A program made the position numbers and the translations under genes. A stretch of DNA of 64,000 nt, from contig NC_087251.1 in NCBI RefSeq assembly GCF_037042905.1, forward strand, positions 47,616,001-47,680,000, written 5' to 3'. Shown piece after piece: positions 50,019 to 63,951 of the stretch (position 1 is the stretch's first letter; each line of letters starts with the position of its first letter). The DNA is from Lytechinus pictus. Lineage: Eukaryota. The notes below the pieces were generated by a model. The model was not told the origin of the DNA. It worked only from the letters and a program-made list of their open reading frames with translations, and made no database searches.

Positions 50019-52009
50019 GATTTTGAAGTCGATCACCTCTATGACTAATTAGTCCACTCCAAAGCAGTCATTGACCTTCCTTGAAACTTTCATAAACTCC
50101 GATCAAACTTCATCGTCATGATCCTCAATAACCAAAAAAGACGTTTTGAAGGAAAACAAATAATGTAATTAACAGCAATCAAAACATTCACTATTTTTTG
50201 CCGCATCGAAAAAGCTCATTCAAAGCGATTTAATCAGAGCATATAAAAGTCATCTTTGCAGTACAGTGAACCATGAAGATGTGATGATGTTTCCCCGACA
50301 CCATTAATGCATCCCGAACGATTTCACCACAGTTTAAACCACACGCTCCACCACAAAGGCAAGCGATCATCATATTCATCGATCCCCCTACTTTTGTCTC
50401 CATTCACTCTTTGACATTCACCATGCATTTTCGATCGCCGCCGACCATCGGGACAATGCTGGCGCAGGTACACGAATGTGTAATTAAAATCAACGGGACA
50501 TTAAATATTGATATGCGTCCTTGAAATCTGTCAGATTGGAAACAATGCAGCAAGGTCCGCGGACCAATTCGGATCGAGCACGTTTGGATGGAACCGTTGG
50601 ATTAAAATGATAACATTCGTTGCCCAACGATGCATTCGTGCCAATAAAACAATGATTGAAGGGGACTTTCGAAGCGAAGGTGAAATTCTGCGGCGTAGAC
50701 ACTTAAACCCGAGAAGACATGAGATAGAAAACCAACAATTTTTGATCGATATCTCAATAGAGATTGCAATCTTCTGTATTTCTAATACACATTTACGTTA
50801 AGCATTAAGAGACGGTTCCGATGTATAAGGCGTTGAAAAACAGAATAATGATATTATCATTATACAAATTGCGATCACACAATACCATGTCGTGGAAAAA
50901 AAAAATGAAATATGGTATCCGATGTACGTTCAGGATAATGTCCAAGAACCCAAGTCAGACGAAGATTCGTAGCAATCAACATGATCAAAAGGAAGAGAAA
51001 GTAATTTCCCGATAACAGTTCTTTATGGCAGTTTTTCGAATACTCTTGATCCGATACTCCGTCAAATCGTTACAAATTAAATTTATGGTCCAAAATGAGT
51101 AGGAAATCCTCTATGTGATTTGGGTATATACTTCATTGTTAATTACAATCAAATTAACTTAAATATATCTTATTTTCGGATTTTAAAGATGTTCGACGTT
51201 TCTTCATCCAAACTCCATTTCAAAAGCCATCGATATAATATGAAGTTCTCATTGAAAGGCCCTTCACTGTTCTCAAAATGATGATAATTTTAGAAGCAAT
51301 CAAGTCCAGTATTTCACAACCTTCCACAGAATCCAGTCCCTCAATCGGTATATGGCGTTGGTTATGCGAGTTCCAATTTCTCCAATTTGCATTAATTTCA
51401 TACATGTATATTTTGATGCATGATCATTGATATCACATTCTACTTGAAAACATTATAAACAACTGTTGTTCTCAAATAATTATCATTTCAAATCTTTGGC
51501 AACAGAACAGCAAGTCCAATATTTCAAAATCGTCCACCACAAAAATGAGCTAATCCTTATGGCATCGGTTGTATAATATGGGCTTCGATTTCTCCCCAAA
51601 TTGCATTTATATATCGAGAAAACTAATGAATATTTCATCACGTGCCTCAACATTGTGAAGTCTATGAATCAATCAAGAAACGAGAAATCCCGAAAAGCAG
51701 GTGATTTGGAGCAGACGGTCGACATTGATCAAGATATAGTTTATCGATTGCATGATGGAAACGATATTATGAAAAATTCAATTTGTGAAGCACGAGGTTT
51801 TGTCTTATGGTATGAGGGTGATTTCTCTTTGAATTCCGTCTTAATATATATATATATATATATCGGTAGATCTAGAAATTCCAGCAAATGAAATGTTTGA
51901 AATAAAACATTCATCGAACTTTTGTTTCTTTTGTTTTACAGTGCACGTGCTTACTGCAAAGTATGATAAAAAAAAAATCCTTTATACAATCATGAATTAT
52001 GTTCATGTG

Positions 52010-52115
52010 TACTACTACTACTATACTACTACTATACTAATACTACTACTACCGCTGCTGCTGCTGCTGCTGCTGCTGCTACTACTACTACTACTACTAC
52101 TACTTTTATTACTAC
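52010..52115. repeat. (CTA)n/(CTG)n microsatellite
   Basis: Directly visible. Confidence 0.9.
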
Positions 52116-53654
52116 TATCTTTGCAGTTCGCTTATAGAATATTCTCTGAAACTTCATCCCCACAAAGCGTATATTTTAGACCTACATTTGTTTGGGGGTA
52201 AAATAATTATGAACCTATGTTATCATTATATTTGGTTAAGTCCAAATTTAATTTGTTACCCTCAAAGAAATGAGGGTTTCTTGTCCCTCTTTGCCCATGC
52301 ATCATTCATACCCGATCCCTCCTTTCCTCCAGCGCTATTTAGGTTAATCAATTTTCATTTCGATCGCAAACGGAAATCGTTCGCACCTGGCGCTTCATTC
52401 CGGTGAGGTAATATACACACAAATATCACTATTATCACACGAAGGTGTAATATCATTAATTAATTATGGTATTGGTTAAATGATCAAATAAAAATACGGA
52501 CTTGTGTATAATTCCATAATGTTTAAAGGAAATATGATCATAAACAAAGATGTAGTCATGAGATTTGTGAAGTAGAGCCTATACGGTCTCAAAGTGATCG
52601 ATGATCATTATACAACTAAGAATTAGTAAGATGTAAGATTTTTTGAATCCCAAATTTTCAGAAAAAAAATCTGCTTTGTTGTGAGTCACATTATAAAGCA
52701 CTAAAATTCACATTTAAACATTCTGTTTGTTTTATAATGAGCAGTTTTTTTAATTTCCTTTTTTTATATGATTAACCTCATGCTTCATTGGACGAGCTCA
52801 ATGCATCATTGGAGAGTAAATTGTACAGTCAAATCTTTCCTTTTTTTTAATGGTGAAACAACTTTGAAAGTCAAATCAAATCAAAGCATTCATTTCCACA
52901 ATAATATTTAAAAAAACATTACAAATAGTATCTAGTCCTTTAGAAATATTCCACTTTGAAATCATATTGTTTGAATAAATGTTTGGAGATCACCTCACAT
53001 ACATAATCAGGAACAAAATATTTACATATCATCTACCCATTATAGTCCATCCTCAATCATTATTTACAAATTAAAGTAGATTTTATGCAGAGAGATACGG
53101 GACAACAATCTTTATGATTTTAAATTGGCATAGTGATAACTATAATGAAATAAAATAAGTTTTAAGTCAGATTCCATTTAATAAAGCGCATATTTCTCAA
53201 TAAGCTAATAACAGCCTTTCATCATATCTGTGTTGTTTTTTGCAGATTTTTTTTTTAATTTATCAATTTATTTATCTTTTTTATTTAATTCATTTATGTT
53301 ATTTCATATTTTCTATTCTTATTTCTTTATATTTCATCTATTTTTTTGATACACAAATTTACTTATATCATTTAATATATTCTATTCTTATTTCTTTATT
53401 TTCGTCAATTTTTTAATGTATGAATTCACTTATTTCATTATTTTTTTTCTATTCTTATTTCTTTATTTTTCATGTTATCTTCTTTGAATGTATCTGTGTT
53501 TCTATTCCTTCATTTATTTATTATCATTATTCTATATTGATAAACATAAACAGAAAATCCCCAACACTTCTTAAGGACTACAGAGATAGGGTAGAGGTAG
53601 CATATTAGAACTGAAAAGGGCATCCCTAGTATAAAAATAAGAGGAATCCATATA

Positions 53655-53938
53655 CACTGTTAAAAAAACATTGATTTTACAGAAAAAACAGAAGATTTTG
53701 CAGAAAGCAATAACAGAATCATTCTGTAAATTTATACAAAAAATGATTTTTTCTGCAATTTAACAGAACAGGTCTGTTTAAAAATGGGAAAAGGGTGTTT
53801 TCTTAAAGGAAATTTGTAAGGTACCATACACCAAATACCAATTTCCTGTAAGATTACGCAATCTGGTAAGATTACAGGTGTTCTTGAGACTCTGCTGCAG
53901 GACCTTCTTTTATTTTAAGGATAAATTTTCTAACAGTG
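53655..53938. mobile_element. CACTG..CAGTG MITE, TSD TA
   Basis: cactgttaaaaaa / ttttctaacagtg. Confidence 0.75.
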
Positions 53939-56290
53939 TACAACATCTCATCCAATGAATGTGTGAACATGGAAATATGTGAAATAAAATATGGTTTGAA
54001 ACAATTTTCTTTTATACCATGGCATAAAATAAAGTAAAAACGCAATCAATACATCCAGAAATAAAGTACACAAAACAATGAAGTCTTTGGTTCTTTGAAA
54101 TTTTTATTTAGTGAAATCTTGAATTCTAGAGGCCTTTACACATTGCAGTTTTGGTCATAAAAAGGACAGTCAAGCACCTGAATATGCAGTAAAATATCAA
54201 AGAAAACCAACATGAGATGCAACTAGTTGCTTAAAAAAAATGTGATATCAAAATTTCACATTGCTCACTGAGTAAAGTAAAAGCATGTCAACAAAAATAT
54301 AAATACCCATCCCAAATGATACAAAACTGTGTACTCTGAAAAGGGTTAAGTGAAAAAATAAACAATATTGGTTAAAATGAAAACAGTCATCTTTGTTGGG
54401 TGAAATATTATGTAAATTTAAAATCAAAATTCAAAGATTTTGACACAATTCGTCCAAAAAAACCAAGCCAGTTTCAGAGGTAAAAGTTAACACGATATTT
54501 GGCAATATTCTAAATAACAAATCTAAGTTCCCTCTTTACTGAAAAAAAGGATCGCGTAAAATTCTTTAGGAGAGGGATTTTGTGCCAAATAGTCTGGATA
54601 GAAATCCAGATAACTATTTTTTAATGTCAAACCATGAACAGAATCCATGAAAGATTTTCCCTCTTTCTTTGAAAGTGCATTCCTATTTGTGCCTTTTTCT
54701 CTAAAATAATGTAAATCTGAGTCACTGCTTTGTCAAGGATATAAAAATAATACTGGGTTATAAATTTTGACAATCAAAATAAAAAAAGATGCAACATTCC
54801 ACTGATTATATTCAACTGAGTACATTAGTGTATTATCAAAAGCAATAGCAAGCACACTGTACATGATAAGCCACTTGGATCTTGAAAACATTTACAGCAG
54901 TATGAAATCATTTCACTTCACCAAAGATATAAACATATTAAACCAAAGTTTATAACACATCACACTGTCTAACAATATCTGTATTTTATAATATCTAATA
55001 ATTTTTAAAGTTGCAAAGTCCTTGGCTGCAATATGGTATAGTATCTTTGCTAATTGTTGCTTTAAGTGCAAATGAATGTTTATCTGAATAAACCCAGTTG
55101 AAAATGGGTGTGTATATATTTCTGTTCAGCACTAAAGAAAGCCAAAGAAATGCTTCTACCAAAAAACTGTATATTTGATAATATGTTTGAATGCAAAATA
55201 ATTATATTATATTGGATGGAGCAGAATGGAATACCGGAAATACTCCAAGAGTTTGGGCAAATATACCAGGCATGTAGTTCATTATGACGTCATAGAGTGT
55301 TGTTGTGCTCTATGCTGCGCGTTGCATTGCTTTCGTTGTTGTACGCATTGTATATGTACATTTCATGCGTGTGCACACTAGACTGTTGAATATGGTCTCA
55401 TATTCAACGGCAAATTTTGTACAGGAGCCTATGGGATATTCGTCGGAATTCACTTTGTTTTAGGGATACGCTCTGATACTGCACAGGCAATTGATGCAGA
55501 CCAAAATATGTGTTTTTAATGTATCGCTAAAACACTCTATATACATGATAATAATAATAATGAATGAATGTAGTAATAAGCTCATCTTTAAACATTAACT
55601 TAACTTATGAATATACTGTGTTTTGTTAAGAATTAAAAAAAAGTCATCAAAAATGGAAATCTGAATTTTAACGACCTGCTTTGGTGGTGACTTGTTGACA
55701 ACTTGTCCATAATTGAAAATGATTTCTTGCTAGACCTGGGACCCATCTTACAAAGAGTTGACACTGATCTGATCAATCACAAACATGGAAAGCGGGCAAT
55801 GTCAACATCTAAAATGCATGTTTATTCAAATTATCTTCTAGATATGATGTATATTCATTGTTTTCTTGACAATTCAGTGTGCTTCTCTTTGTTCACGAAG
55901 TACAAAATGCAAATTTCCTCTAGAAAAATTTATGACATTGATGGATTTCCATAAAGTTGAGGCCCTGTAAACCATCTAATGCTTAAAATGACCACTCTCT
56001 CTGCTGCTCACGCAGGTTCTAAAATAATAAGTAATGGTAGTTGAATTTATCTTTTAGCAAACATGGTATCAGATTAGGATAAACAAAAAATAAAAATAAG
56101 TGAGTGTAAACTCAAATACTGCAAATTGCATTCTATATCAGGTATATCAGGTTTTGTGCAATGTAAGAAGCATTTGAATTTTCAAAAGCTATGTAGTTTA
56201 ATGCACTATCAGAGTTGTATGTGCTTAATCTATATATACCAAGCACAGTGTTCATTTATCCATAATTTGCAATGAGCAATAAGACTCCAA

Positions 56291-56566
56291 GGCCCCGTCT
56301 TATAAAGAGTTACAATGTGATCCAATTAACCAAAACTATGGAAAGCTAGCAACGTCAACATCTAAAATACAAATTCGTTCAAAATATTTTCTACATATAT
56401 ATGATGTACATTCATACATTCATAGTTTTCTTGAAAATTCAGTGTGACTCTCTTTGTTTACAAATGACATTGCGCAAATTTCCTGAAGAAAAAAAAAATG
56501 ACATTGATGGATTTCTATATACTTGAGGTCAATCGGATCAATCGCAACTCTTTGTCAGACGGGGCC
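56291..56566. mobile_element. GGCCCCGTCTTA(C/T)AAAGAGTT MITE family (other copies ~55738-55960 and 63232-63491)
   Basis: TIRs plus shared internal motifs gtcaacatctaaaa, ttttcttga.aa..cagtgtg and gatggattt. Confidence 0.8.
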
Positions 56567-57245
56567 CAGATTCAAAATTATTTTTAGACATTGATAAGAA
56601 GAACAAATACATTCAAAGAGAAGACAACAATTAATGATTATTACTGACTGAAAACATTAAATTCTATTCTACGATTACAAATTCAGAACTTCTGAGAATT
56701 ACAAACTCCTATCACTATAAGTAGGTCCATTAGAACAATATATTGATCACAATAAACATAACATAACAAAAGTTGATACCTAATTAATTCTATTGCACTA
56801 TTTCAGTATAAATAATTTAAGAGAAACAATCATAGACAAAAATGTAAAGTACAATAACAATCTTACAGATATTTATAACATAATTAAATTATGAAAGACT
56901 CACTCAACACAACACTTACATACAACCCAATAATATGAAAATTACTCATTATTCTTAATCTGTTTTTCTGCTCATGACATTTCAAATTGGTTTGATTGAC
57001 CAATTATAAGTGTAATTATGAATCCTTGATTCTTCACTATATTAAGTAAATAACTGCTGTAGGTAAAGATAATGAGAAAGAATACTATCACTCCAGAGGC
57101 AGTTTGGACTTTATCTTTTTCAAATCAAGCAGAAGAAAAACAAAATGATGAAAAAAATATTTCATCTCGTGTTGATATATTGATTGACGACACATAGAAT
57201 ACAAAAAGCAGAAAATTGTAATAAGCCCTTAAATTTAAGGTATAC

Positions 57246-57655
57246 AACAATGTAAAACATTATAATTGTCATTCTGACATTCATCTTTGTGAAAGTTTTA
57301 CACGCCTCCTCCTTCTTCCTCTTCTTTTCTCCTCTTCTTCTTTTCTCCTCTTCTTCTTTTCTCCTCTTCTTCTTTTTCTTCTTCTTCCTCCTCCTTCTTC
57401 TTCTTCTCTTTCTCCTTCTTCTTCCTCCTCCTCCTTCTTCTTCCAACAATGTAAAACATAATAATTGTCATTCTGACATTTATCTTTGTGAAAGATTTAC
57501 ACGCCTCCTCCGTCTTTTTCTTCTTCTCCTCCTTCTTCATCCTCTTCCTCCTTCTTCCTCTTCTTTTCTTCTCTTCTTCTTCTTCTTTTTCTTCTCCTTC
57601 ATTTTCTTCCTCCTCCTTGTCTTCTTCATCTCCTATTTATTCTTCTTCTTCATTC
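57246..57655. repeat. Tandem duplication of a ~60-bp unique segment plus (CTT/CCT)n tract
   Basis: aacaatgtaaaacat..ttgtcattctgacatt..tttacacgcctcctcc at 57246 and 57445. Confidence 0.88.
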
Positions 57656-58098
57656 AATACAAACATAATCTAGTAAGACTGTGTTGTTCTTTCATTCATT
57701 AAAAAATGGTAAGTTGAATATATTTATGTTTACTACCTATAAAGAGCTGAAGCCTTTCACATATTCTTATTCATTATGACCACTCACATAGAATGTCGTC
57801 ACAAATAAAAACAGCGTATGCTGATCCTGCTTTGTATCCATACGACAGCATTCTATATCACCAAGCAGGATAAACATAAAATATGTTAAACCGTGAATAA
57901 ACAAAAATAATTTCAGCCACCACAAAAAATAAAAACAAACATCAGACGGGTATAAAGCGTGCATATACAGCTTGATCCTGCTCGTAAAAGTTGCATAGGC
58001 AAATATATATCGATGGCGCATAGCAATGAAAAATTTTATATCAAATAAACCTGAATTAAAGTCAATGAAAATAACAAAATTTAAACAGATATTAATAT

Positions 58099-58612
58099 AC
58101 AAATAGCGAATAGGCATGAGTGCGATGGTGCGAGATTTCGCATGAGGTGAAAGAAAGATGCTCTATTCAACGAGGCGTTAGCCGAGTTGAATAGAGTGTT
58201 TCTTTCTTTCACCGAATGCGAAATCTCGCACCATTGCACGAATAAGAATATTCGCTATTTGTGTTGTACAACGCCTCAGAGTTTAGCGAATTTATGAAAA
58301 AACAAAGAGTTTTTCCTGCAGTAATCTATGAAAAGGGAGCAAAAATATGGAAAGCGAAAAGCAAAATCCCACAAGCGAACACCTCTCGGGCAGCATTGCG
58401 CATTTAGCCAGCAGGCTATACCCGTATTGCACCTGCATTTTTACTGAGCGCAATGAATTGAATCGTATTGTGACGTCACCTCCTAAAGCCGTGCAACGGT
58501 ACATTTTGGACGGTACATTTTGGATGGTACGTCTTTTGTGCAACGGTACGAATGTTTGACATTCAGCCTCCCATTTGCTCGCGTACAACAAGCTAAGTAG
58601 GCGTTGTACAAT
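58099..58612. mobile_element. Double-inverted-repeat element with a central GAGGCGTTAGCCGAG hairpin (Crypton-like non-autonomous element, tentative)
   Basis: Palindrome at 58099-58263 followed by the ttgtacaacgcct..aggcgttgtacaa pair; no TSD seen. Confidence 0.55.
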
Positions 58613-58715
58613 AGTTTACTGAACAAGATATCTGAGGACAAATATTCGGTTTCTTAAGAGAGAATGCATGTTTTTACATAGGTGTCTAAAACTGATATCA
58701 TTATTTACCTGTAAG

Positions 58716-59238
58716 CAGGGTTGGGCTCAATTACAAGGTAATTAATGAATTACGTAATTAATTAATCATTTTTTTGTAATTGTAATTGTATTTGAAATGT
58801 TGAAAGGGAAAGTAATTGTAATTGTAATTGAAAAAATGTAATTGACTTGAATGACTGTCAAATACTTTTAATTACATTCAATTACTTTACAATAGAATTA
58901 CTTTGTTTATGATTTGATTTCATGACCTTTTTCATGTCAACTGCTTCAGCATCAAAGAGTGTAATAGGCAGGATCCATGCTCTCTAACGTAAACCATCTT
59001 GTCAGTTTCTCTGTAACTTAGAATTATGTTGATATACATAGGTGGTGCTGGTAGAATACAGATTACAAAGTGATTTCATTTATGACTTTTATAGAAAGAA
59101 ATTGAAATTGTAATTGACAATTAAAGTAATTTGGTAATTGTAATTGAAGAAAATGTAATTTGATTGAAAAGTAATTGTAATTGAACATTTCTTCAATTAC
59201 CTAATTGTAATTGAAGAAAGTAATTTAGCCCAACCCTG
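58716..59238. mobile_element. hAT-type MITE with GTAATT subterminal repeats
   Basis: CAGGGTTGGGCT..AGCCCAACCCTG TIR; TSD (c/t)CTGTAAG. Confidence 0.88.
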
Positions 59239-59326
59239 TCTGTAAGAACTGACATTAAGCTGTGACTCACAGCATGGCTTGGTATCTCTAAATCCATTTC
59301 TTACTGCAACAAGCAACTTGATTTAA

Positions 59327-60094
59327 CCCTAAATCTCCCGGGGTATTTTTATTCTTGTCATTCCCGGGGGGGGGGGGGCCCATTATGGCCCCCCCTTAAG
59401 ATCTCAGCCGCGGATTGCGCGATCACAACAAAATTTGCATGATGGTAGAGAATGACGTAATCTACGCAGTTTCATTGGTAAATTTCACTGAATTCATATA
59501 TTTTTATTTAATATGAATTAATTATGCTAATTTATTCATGAAATCATACTTTTTGCTCTGATTCACTAAATAAAGCGCCTAGAATGCTATTTTTTGGTGA
59601 AAATATTCTTTATAGCATTCCTAACAATTGTGAATGAAAACAATTATGGTACCAAGACCGATTTCTTATGTATTTTAAATTTCTTATGTATTTCTTTGTT
59701 TTTTTACTTTTTGTTTTTTTATTGTTTTTTCGATGGAAATCGTTCCAGACTTAATTCTAATCATAAACAAGGCAAAATTAATTAAGTTTAATCAGTAAAA
59801 GTAGAAATAATGATACATTTATGAATTTTGGCTAAATACACAATTTGCATTGGATTTGTACATGAAATCACGTTTATGAGCAATTTTGGGTCTGACATGC
59901 ACTTACACAATGTTGCGTAATGTCGTAACCGCGTACCCGGGCGTCACAAATTTGGTCTCAAAATTTGCGCGAGACTTGAAAGTAAAAAGTCAGTGAGCGG
60001 CGAGGTCAAAAAATTTTGCACAGCATATATATCGCGAAAATTGTCAAGGGAGGCCATAATGGCCCCCCCCCCCCCCCCCCCGGGAGAATTAGGG
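59327..60094. mobile_element. piggyBac-like MITE
   Basis: ttaa|ccctaaatctcccgggg ... cccgggagaattaggg|ttaa; internal cattatggccccc repeat. Confidence 0.88.
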
Positions 60095-61279
60095 TTAAGG
60101 AGCAGGTGACAACACTGTGTTCTCTTTACATTGAAGGCATACTAATAATTCTCTCAGGTCTTCATGTGGATAGCACAGTGCCTTTGGTATCTGGGGGGTG
60201 TTTCACAAAGATTCAAATATGACTTAGAGTCGCACTTAAATGCCGACGCGTATCTGATAAGTATTTAAAAGCAAGGTCAACAAGTCCCTAAAACAGTGGA
60301 TTTCCTAAAACAAATTTTGAGGATTCTCAAGCCTTATTAAAACGGGATGGATGAACAACACGAACACATAATGCCCTCGGCAACCACCTATGGTGGGTGG
60401 AAGCATAAAAATAAATTATTTCTTGATTTAACAAAACTTAGTGCAGCTTTTTTTTTATGTTTGCAAGATGCAGGTGGTGTATATCTCTGGCTAGGACAAT
60501 TTTTGTGACATACCAGAACTCCAAAACCATGTCTCATGTCAAAAAGGCAAATGTATGCATAAAATTACCAGCAAAAATAAATGCTGTCTCACCAAGTTTT
60601 ACTTCTCACACATCATGATGTATTGCGGATTCACACCTGAGAATCCATTGCCAACGTTATGCCAATGTGGTGTCCATGTAACGGTGGTAAAACTTTGTAA
60701 TAGTTTTGCAGCGAATCCATTAAAGATCCCAACTTGCAACTGAATTACTATGATTGGACATCATCTTTAAGTTGACGCATCAAAACTTAAGCCCATTTGA
60801 ACGGATCCTCTCTGTGAAATGAAAAAGCCGATACCACCGTTACATGGACATCACACGATTTTGTTGCCCCAACCCCACGAAATGACCCATATCATGTGTG
60901 CATCAGCATTTAGGAATGACTGTGAGTCACGCTTAACTCTTTATGAAACACCCCCTGAGGGCGGAAACACAAAGTTTAACAATCATCATAGAACATTTCC
61001 TAACGATTAATTGCATTGACCACAATGTTCAACTCATCATGAAAAATACGCAAACGTTTAATCACTAACCTTTGTGATAACAAGACTTGGGTATTTTTTA
61101 ATGTAACTAAACTTTGTTTTTTAAATCTATGGTTTAGAAAAATTATAGATAAGTCAAATAAAATCAGCCAAATTCATTTGGATATATATTATATTCATAA
61201 GTATACTTTACATGATTGCACTTAACTGCGTTTCCCTCCCATCATTGCACTGCATGCAGGTTGACCTTTGACCTGTCAG

Positions 61280-63943
61280 CTATGCCATTCCGAAACCCAC
61301 GACCCCTTCAGTGATGGCCAATACAAGAGACTTCTGGAGATGTTCAATGGAGTCGTAAGTAGGCAAGCACAGCTGGTTAAAACTGAAAGAAATAAAACAA
61401 TATCCATAGACTTTCTGAATTTACAAAACACTAATAACAATAATGATATTCATTAAAATAAAAATAATGATTACAACAACAATAATAATAACAGTAATAA
61501 GAACATGATTATAATAATAAATGAGAATGATATCTTTTAATAATCATAATAATAGAATGATCATAACAATACAGGTTTCTAATAATTGATTGAATGTAAT
61601 ACATTTATATTGCATCAAAGACACTATCGCTATACAATCTACAAAAAGGAAACAACTGCAGAACTATGGCCTCATAAGCTTTGTGAAACCAGAATGATAT
61701 TCATTAAACAAAAATAATGATTACAACAACAATAATAATAACAGTAATAAGAACATGATTATAATAATAAATGAGAATGATATCTTTTAATAATCATAAT
61801 AATAGAATGATCATAACAATACAGGTTTCTAATAATTGATTGAATGTAATACATTTATATTGCATCAAAGACACTATCGCTATACAATCTACAAAAAGGA
61901 AACAACTGCAGAACTATGGCCTCATAAGCTTTGTGAAACCGGGGCCAGAGCAAAGTACTGGACCATCATAGACTCACCATGTATGAGCTGTTGGGAGGAC
62001 ACCATGGGTCGGGGCAGCTACCAGCTGAAACTTAGGCTTGAGTTCAGCGAATCCCCCCGGGGGCAGCTGAGAGCAACCTGTGGTAAACTGGAGCAACCTT
62101 GACATCTCTTCTTGGGTGAAGCTAGCTATCACGATCCAGAACCAATCTATCATCTAAAGACAATCAAACAAATGAAACGACTGACTACATTGTTTTATGT
62201 ATTTAGAATGTACCTCAATTAGATAAAGTGGATTATATGACTCCAAGATAGATCCTTGTCATTTGATTGGTTATTTGATATTGATCATTCAGCCCATTTT
62301 ACAATGACATCATCAACCGTGCAAGTTTGGATCCATACGATTCTGTCCATTGCACGCCTGCACCGATATAGCAGCAATGCTGACTTTGATAATTACTATG
62401 AAATAATTATTCACAAAAAACACCATTCATATAATGATATAATACTACATTCGTTGACCCTAAATGACATTTGACTTTGATCATGTGACCTCAGACTTGT
62501 CAGTGATTCTTGATTACCCCTATATCCACATTTTATAAACTATATCTATAACCTCTTATAGTTATGATGGCAATTTAACAACTAACCCCAACATGGCCAA
62601 AGTTTACTGACCTTAAATGACCTTTGACCTTGGTCATGTGACCTGAAACGTGCGCAGGATGTTCGGTGATACTTGATTACTCTTATGTCCAAGTTTTATG
62701 AACTAGATCCATAACATTTCAGAGCTATAATGGTAATTCAACAAATACCCCCTACTTGGTCAAGGTTCATTGACCCTAAATAACCTTGTGACCTGAAACT
62801 CAGGCAGGATGTTCAATAATACTTGATTAATCTTATGTCCAAGTTTCATGAACTAGGTCCATATATTTTCTAAATCATGATGTCATTACATAAACTTAAC
62901 ATTCAGGTTAAGATTTCAATGTTGATGCCGGTACGCCTATAGTCTCGCTCTGCGATGAAGGCGAGACAAAAGGCAGAAAAATGAAAGTGTTATAAACAGA
63001 GGGTGAGAGAGAGAGAGAAAGAGAGTTAAAGATAGTAGTTGTGGTTTCTCGGATCAATCACACTCTTTGCAAGAATGGGTCTAGGGGCCCGTTGCAGAAA
63101 GAGTTGCAATCAAACGCAACTTCCAAAATCATGCGCAACTTGATTTTCAACCAATCAACAGCGCGCATTTGGGACTTGCGATTGATATTTTGACTTGCGT
63201 TTAAACGCAACTCTTTCTGCAACGGACCCCTGGACCCATTCTTGCAAAGAGTGTGATTGATCCGAGAAACCACAACTACTGAAAGCCATCAATGTCAACA
63301 TCTAAAAAACATGTTTCTTCAAAATAATTTCTATACAAGCTGTATATTCATAAATCCATCGTTTTCTTTGAAATACAGTGTGCTTCTCTTTGTTGTACAA
63401 AGGAAATTGTGCATAATTTCAGTAGAGAAATATGACTGATGGATTTCCATACAGTTGAGGTTGTATCGTAACTCTTTGTAAGACAGGGCCCTTAGCTGTG
63501 GACCGTTGTGGCCCAGTGGATAAGTCTTCTGGCTTTGAAACAAGAGGGTCGTGGGTTCGAATCCCAGCCATGGCGTAATTTCCTTCAGCAAGAAATTCAT
63601 CCACATTGCGCTGCACTCAACCCAGGTGAGGTGAATGGGTACCTGGCAGGAATTTATTCCTTGAAATGCCACCGCGCTGTAAAAGGCTGCGGGGCCAAGG
63701 CCAGGGTAATAATATCCAAGTCCTTTGGAAGCGCATAGGGACGTTATGACATAATGTGATATGCGCTATACAAGAACTGCATTATTATTATTATTACCTT
63801 TCTGAACTGCGGTCCTGTCCCAGCCAGGATATGGTGTGCCTTGAGGTCAGCCAGATCAAAGCAACATGTTCCACAGATGAGTAGTTCTAACTCATTCTCA
63901 TCAAACATACTAAGTAGGTTGTCCGGAATCAGATCGTTCAAGC
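61280..63943 (-). CDS. AREL1: Apoptosis-resistant HECT E3 ubiquitin ligase 1, last three exons (63943-63798, 62153-61978, 61382-61280); 5' part beyond window
   Basis: GLNDLIPDNLLSMFDENELELLICG...QFRK / MIDWFWIVIASFTQEEMSRLLQFTTGCSQLPPGGFAELKPKFQLVAAPTHGVLPTAHT / CFNQLCLPTYDSIEHLQKSLVLAITEGVVGFGMA*. This is a HECT C-lobe with the catalytic Cys (AHTCFN) and AREL1-type QLPPGGF and AAPTH motifs. Exon phases are consistent. Confidence 0.93.
61442..61940. repeat. Near-perfect ~250-bp tandem duplication in the last AREL1 intron
   Basis: Copies begin at 61442 and 61693. Confidence 0.93.
62450..62971. mobile_element. Second copy (reverse orientation) of the AGGTCA-rich hairpin-ended repeat
   Basis: gcctatagtctcgctctgc...gcgagacaaaa end; TGACCT-rich units. 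Confidence 0.7.
63500..63796 (+). mobile_element. Full-length tRNA-derived SINE in an AREL1 intron
   Basis: A box gtggcccagtggataag, B box ggttcgaatccc, core aatgggtacctggcagg, tail gcgctatacaagaactgc(att)5. Confidence 0.9.
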
Positions 63944-63951
63944 CTGTCACG

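Noticed and set aside
50490-51891. Several 60-100-aa ORFs upstream of the orphan gene
   Set aside because: No motif, splice structure or compositional support; probably promoter or UTR.
57162-57702. Poly-Arg/Lys/Glu and poly-Leu/Phe ORFs
   Set aside because: (CTT/CCT)n simple repeat.
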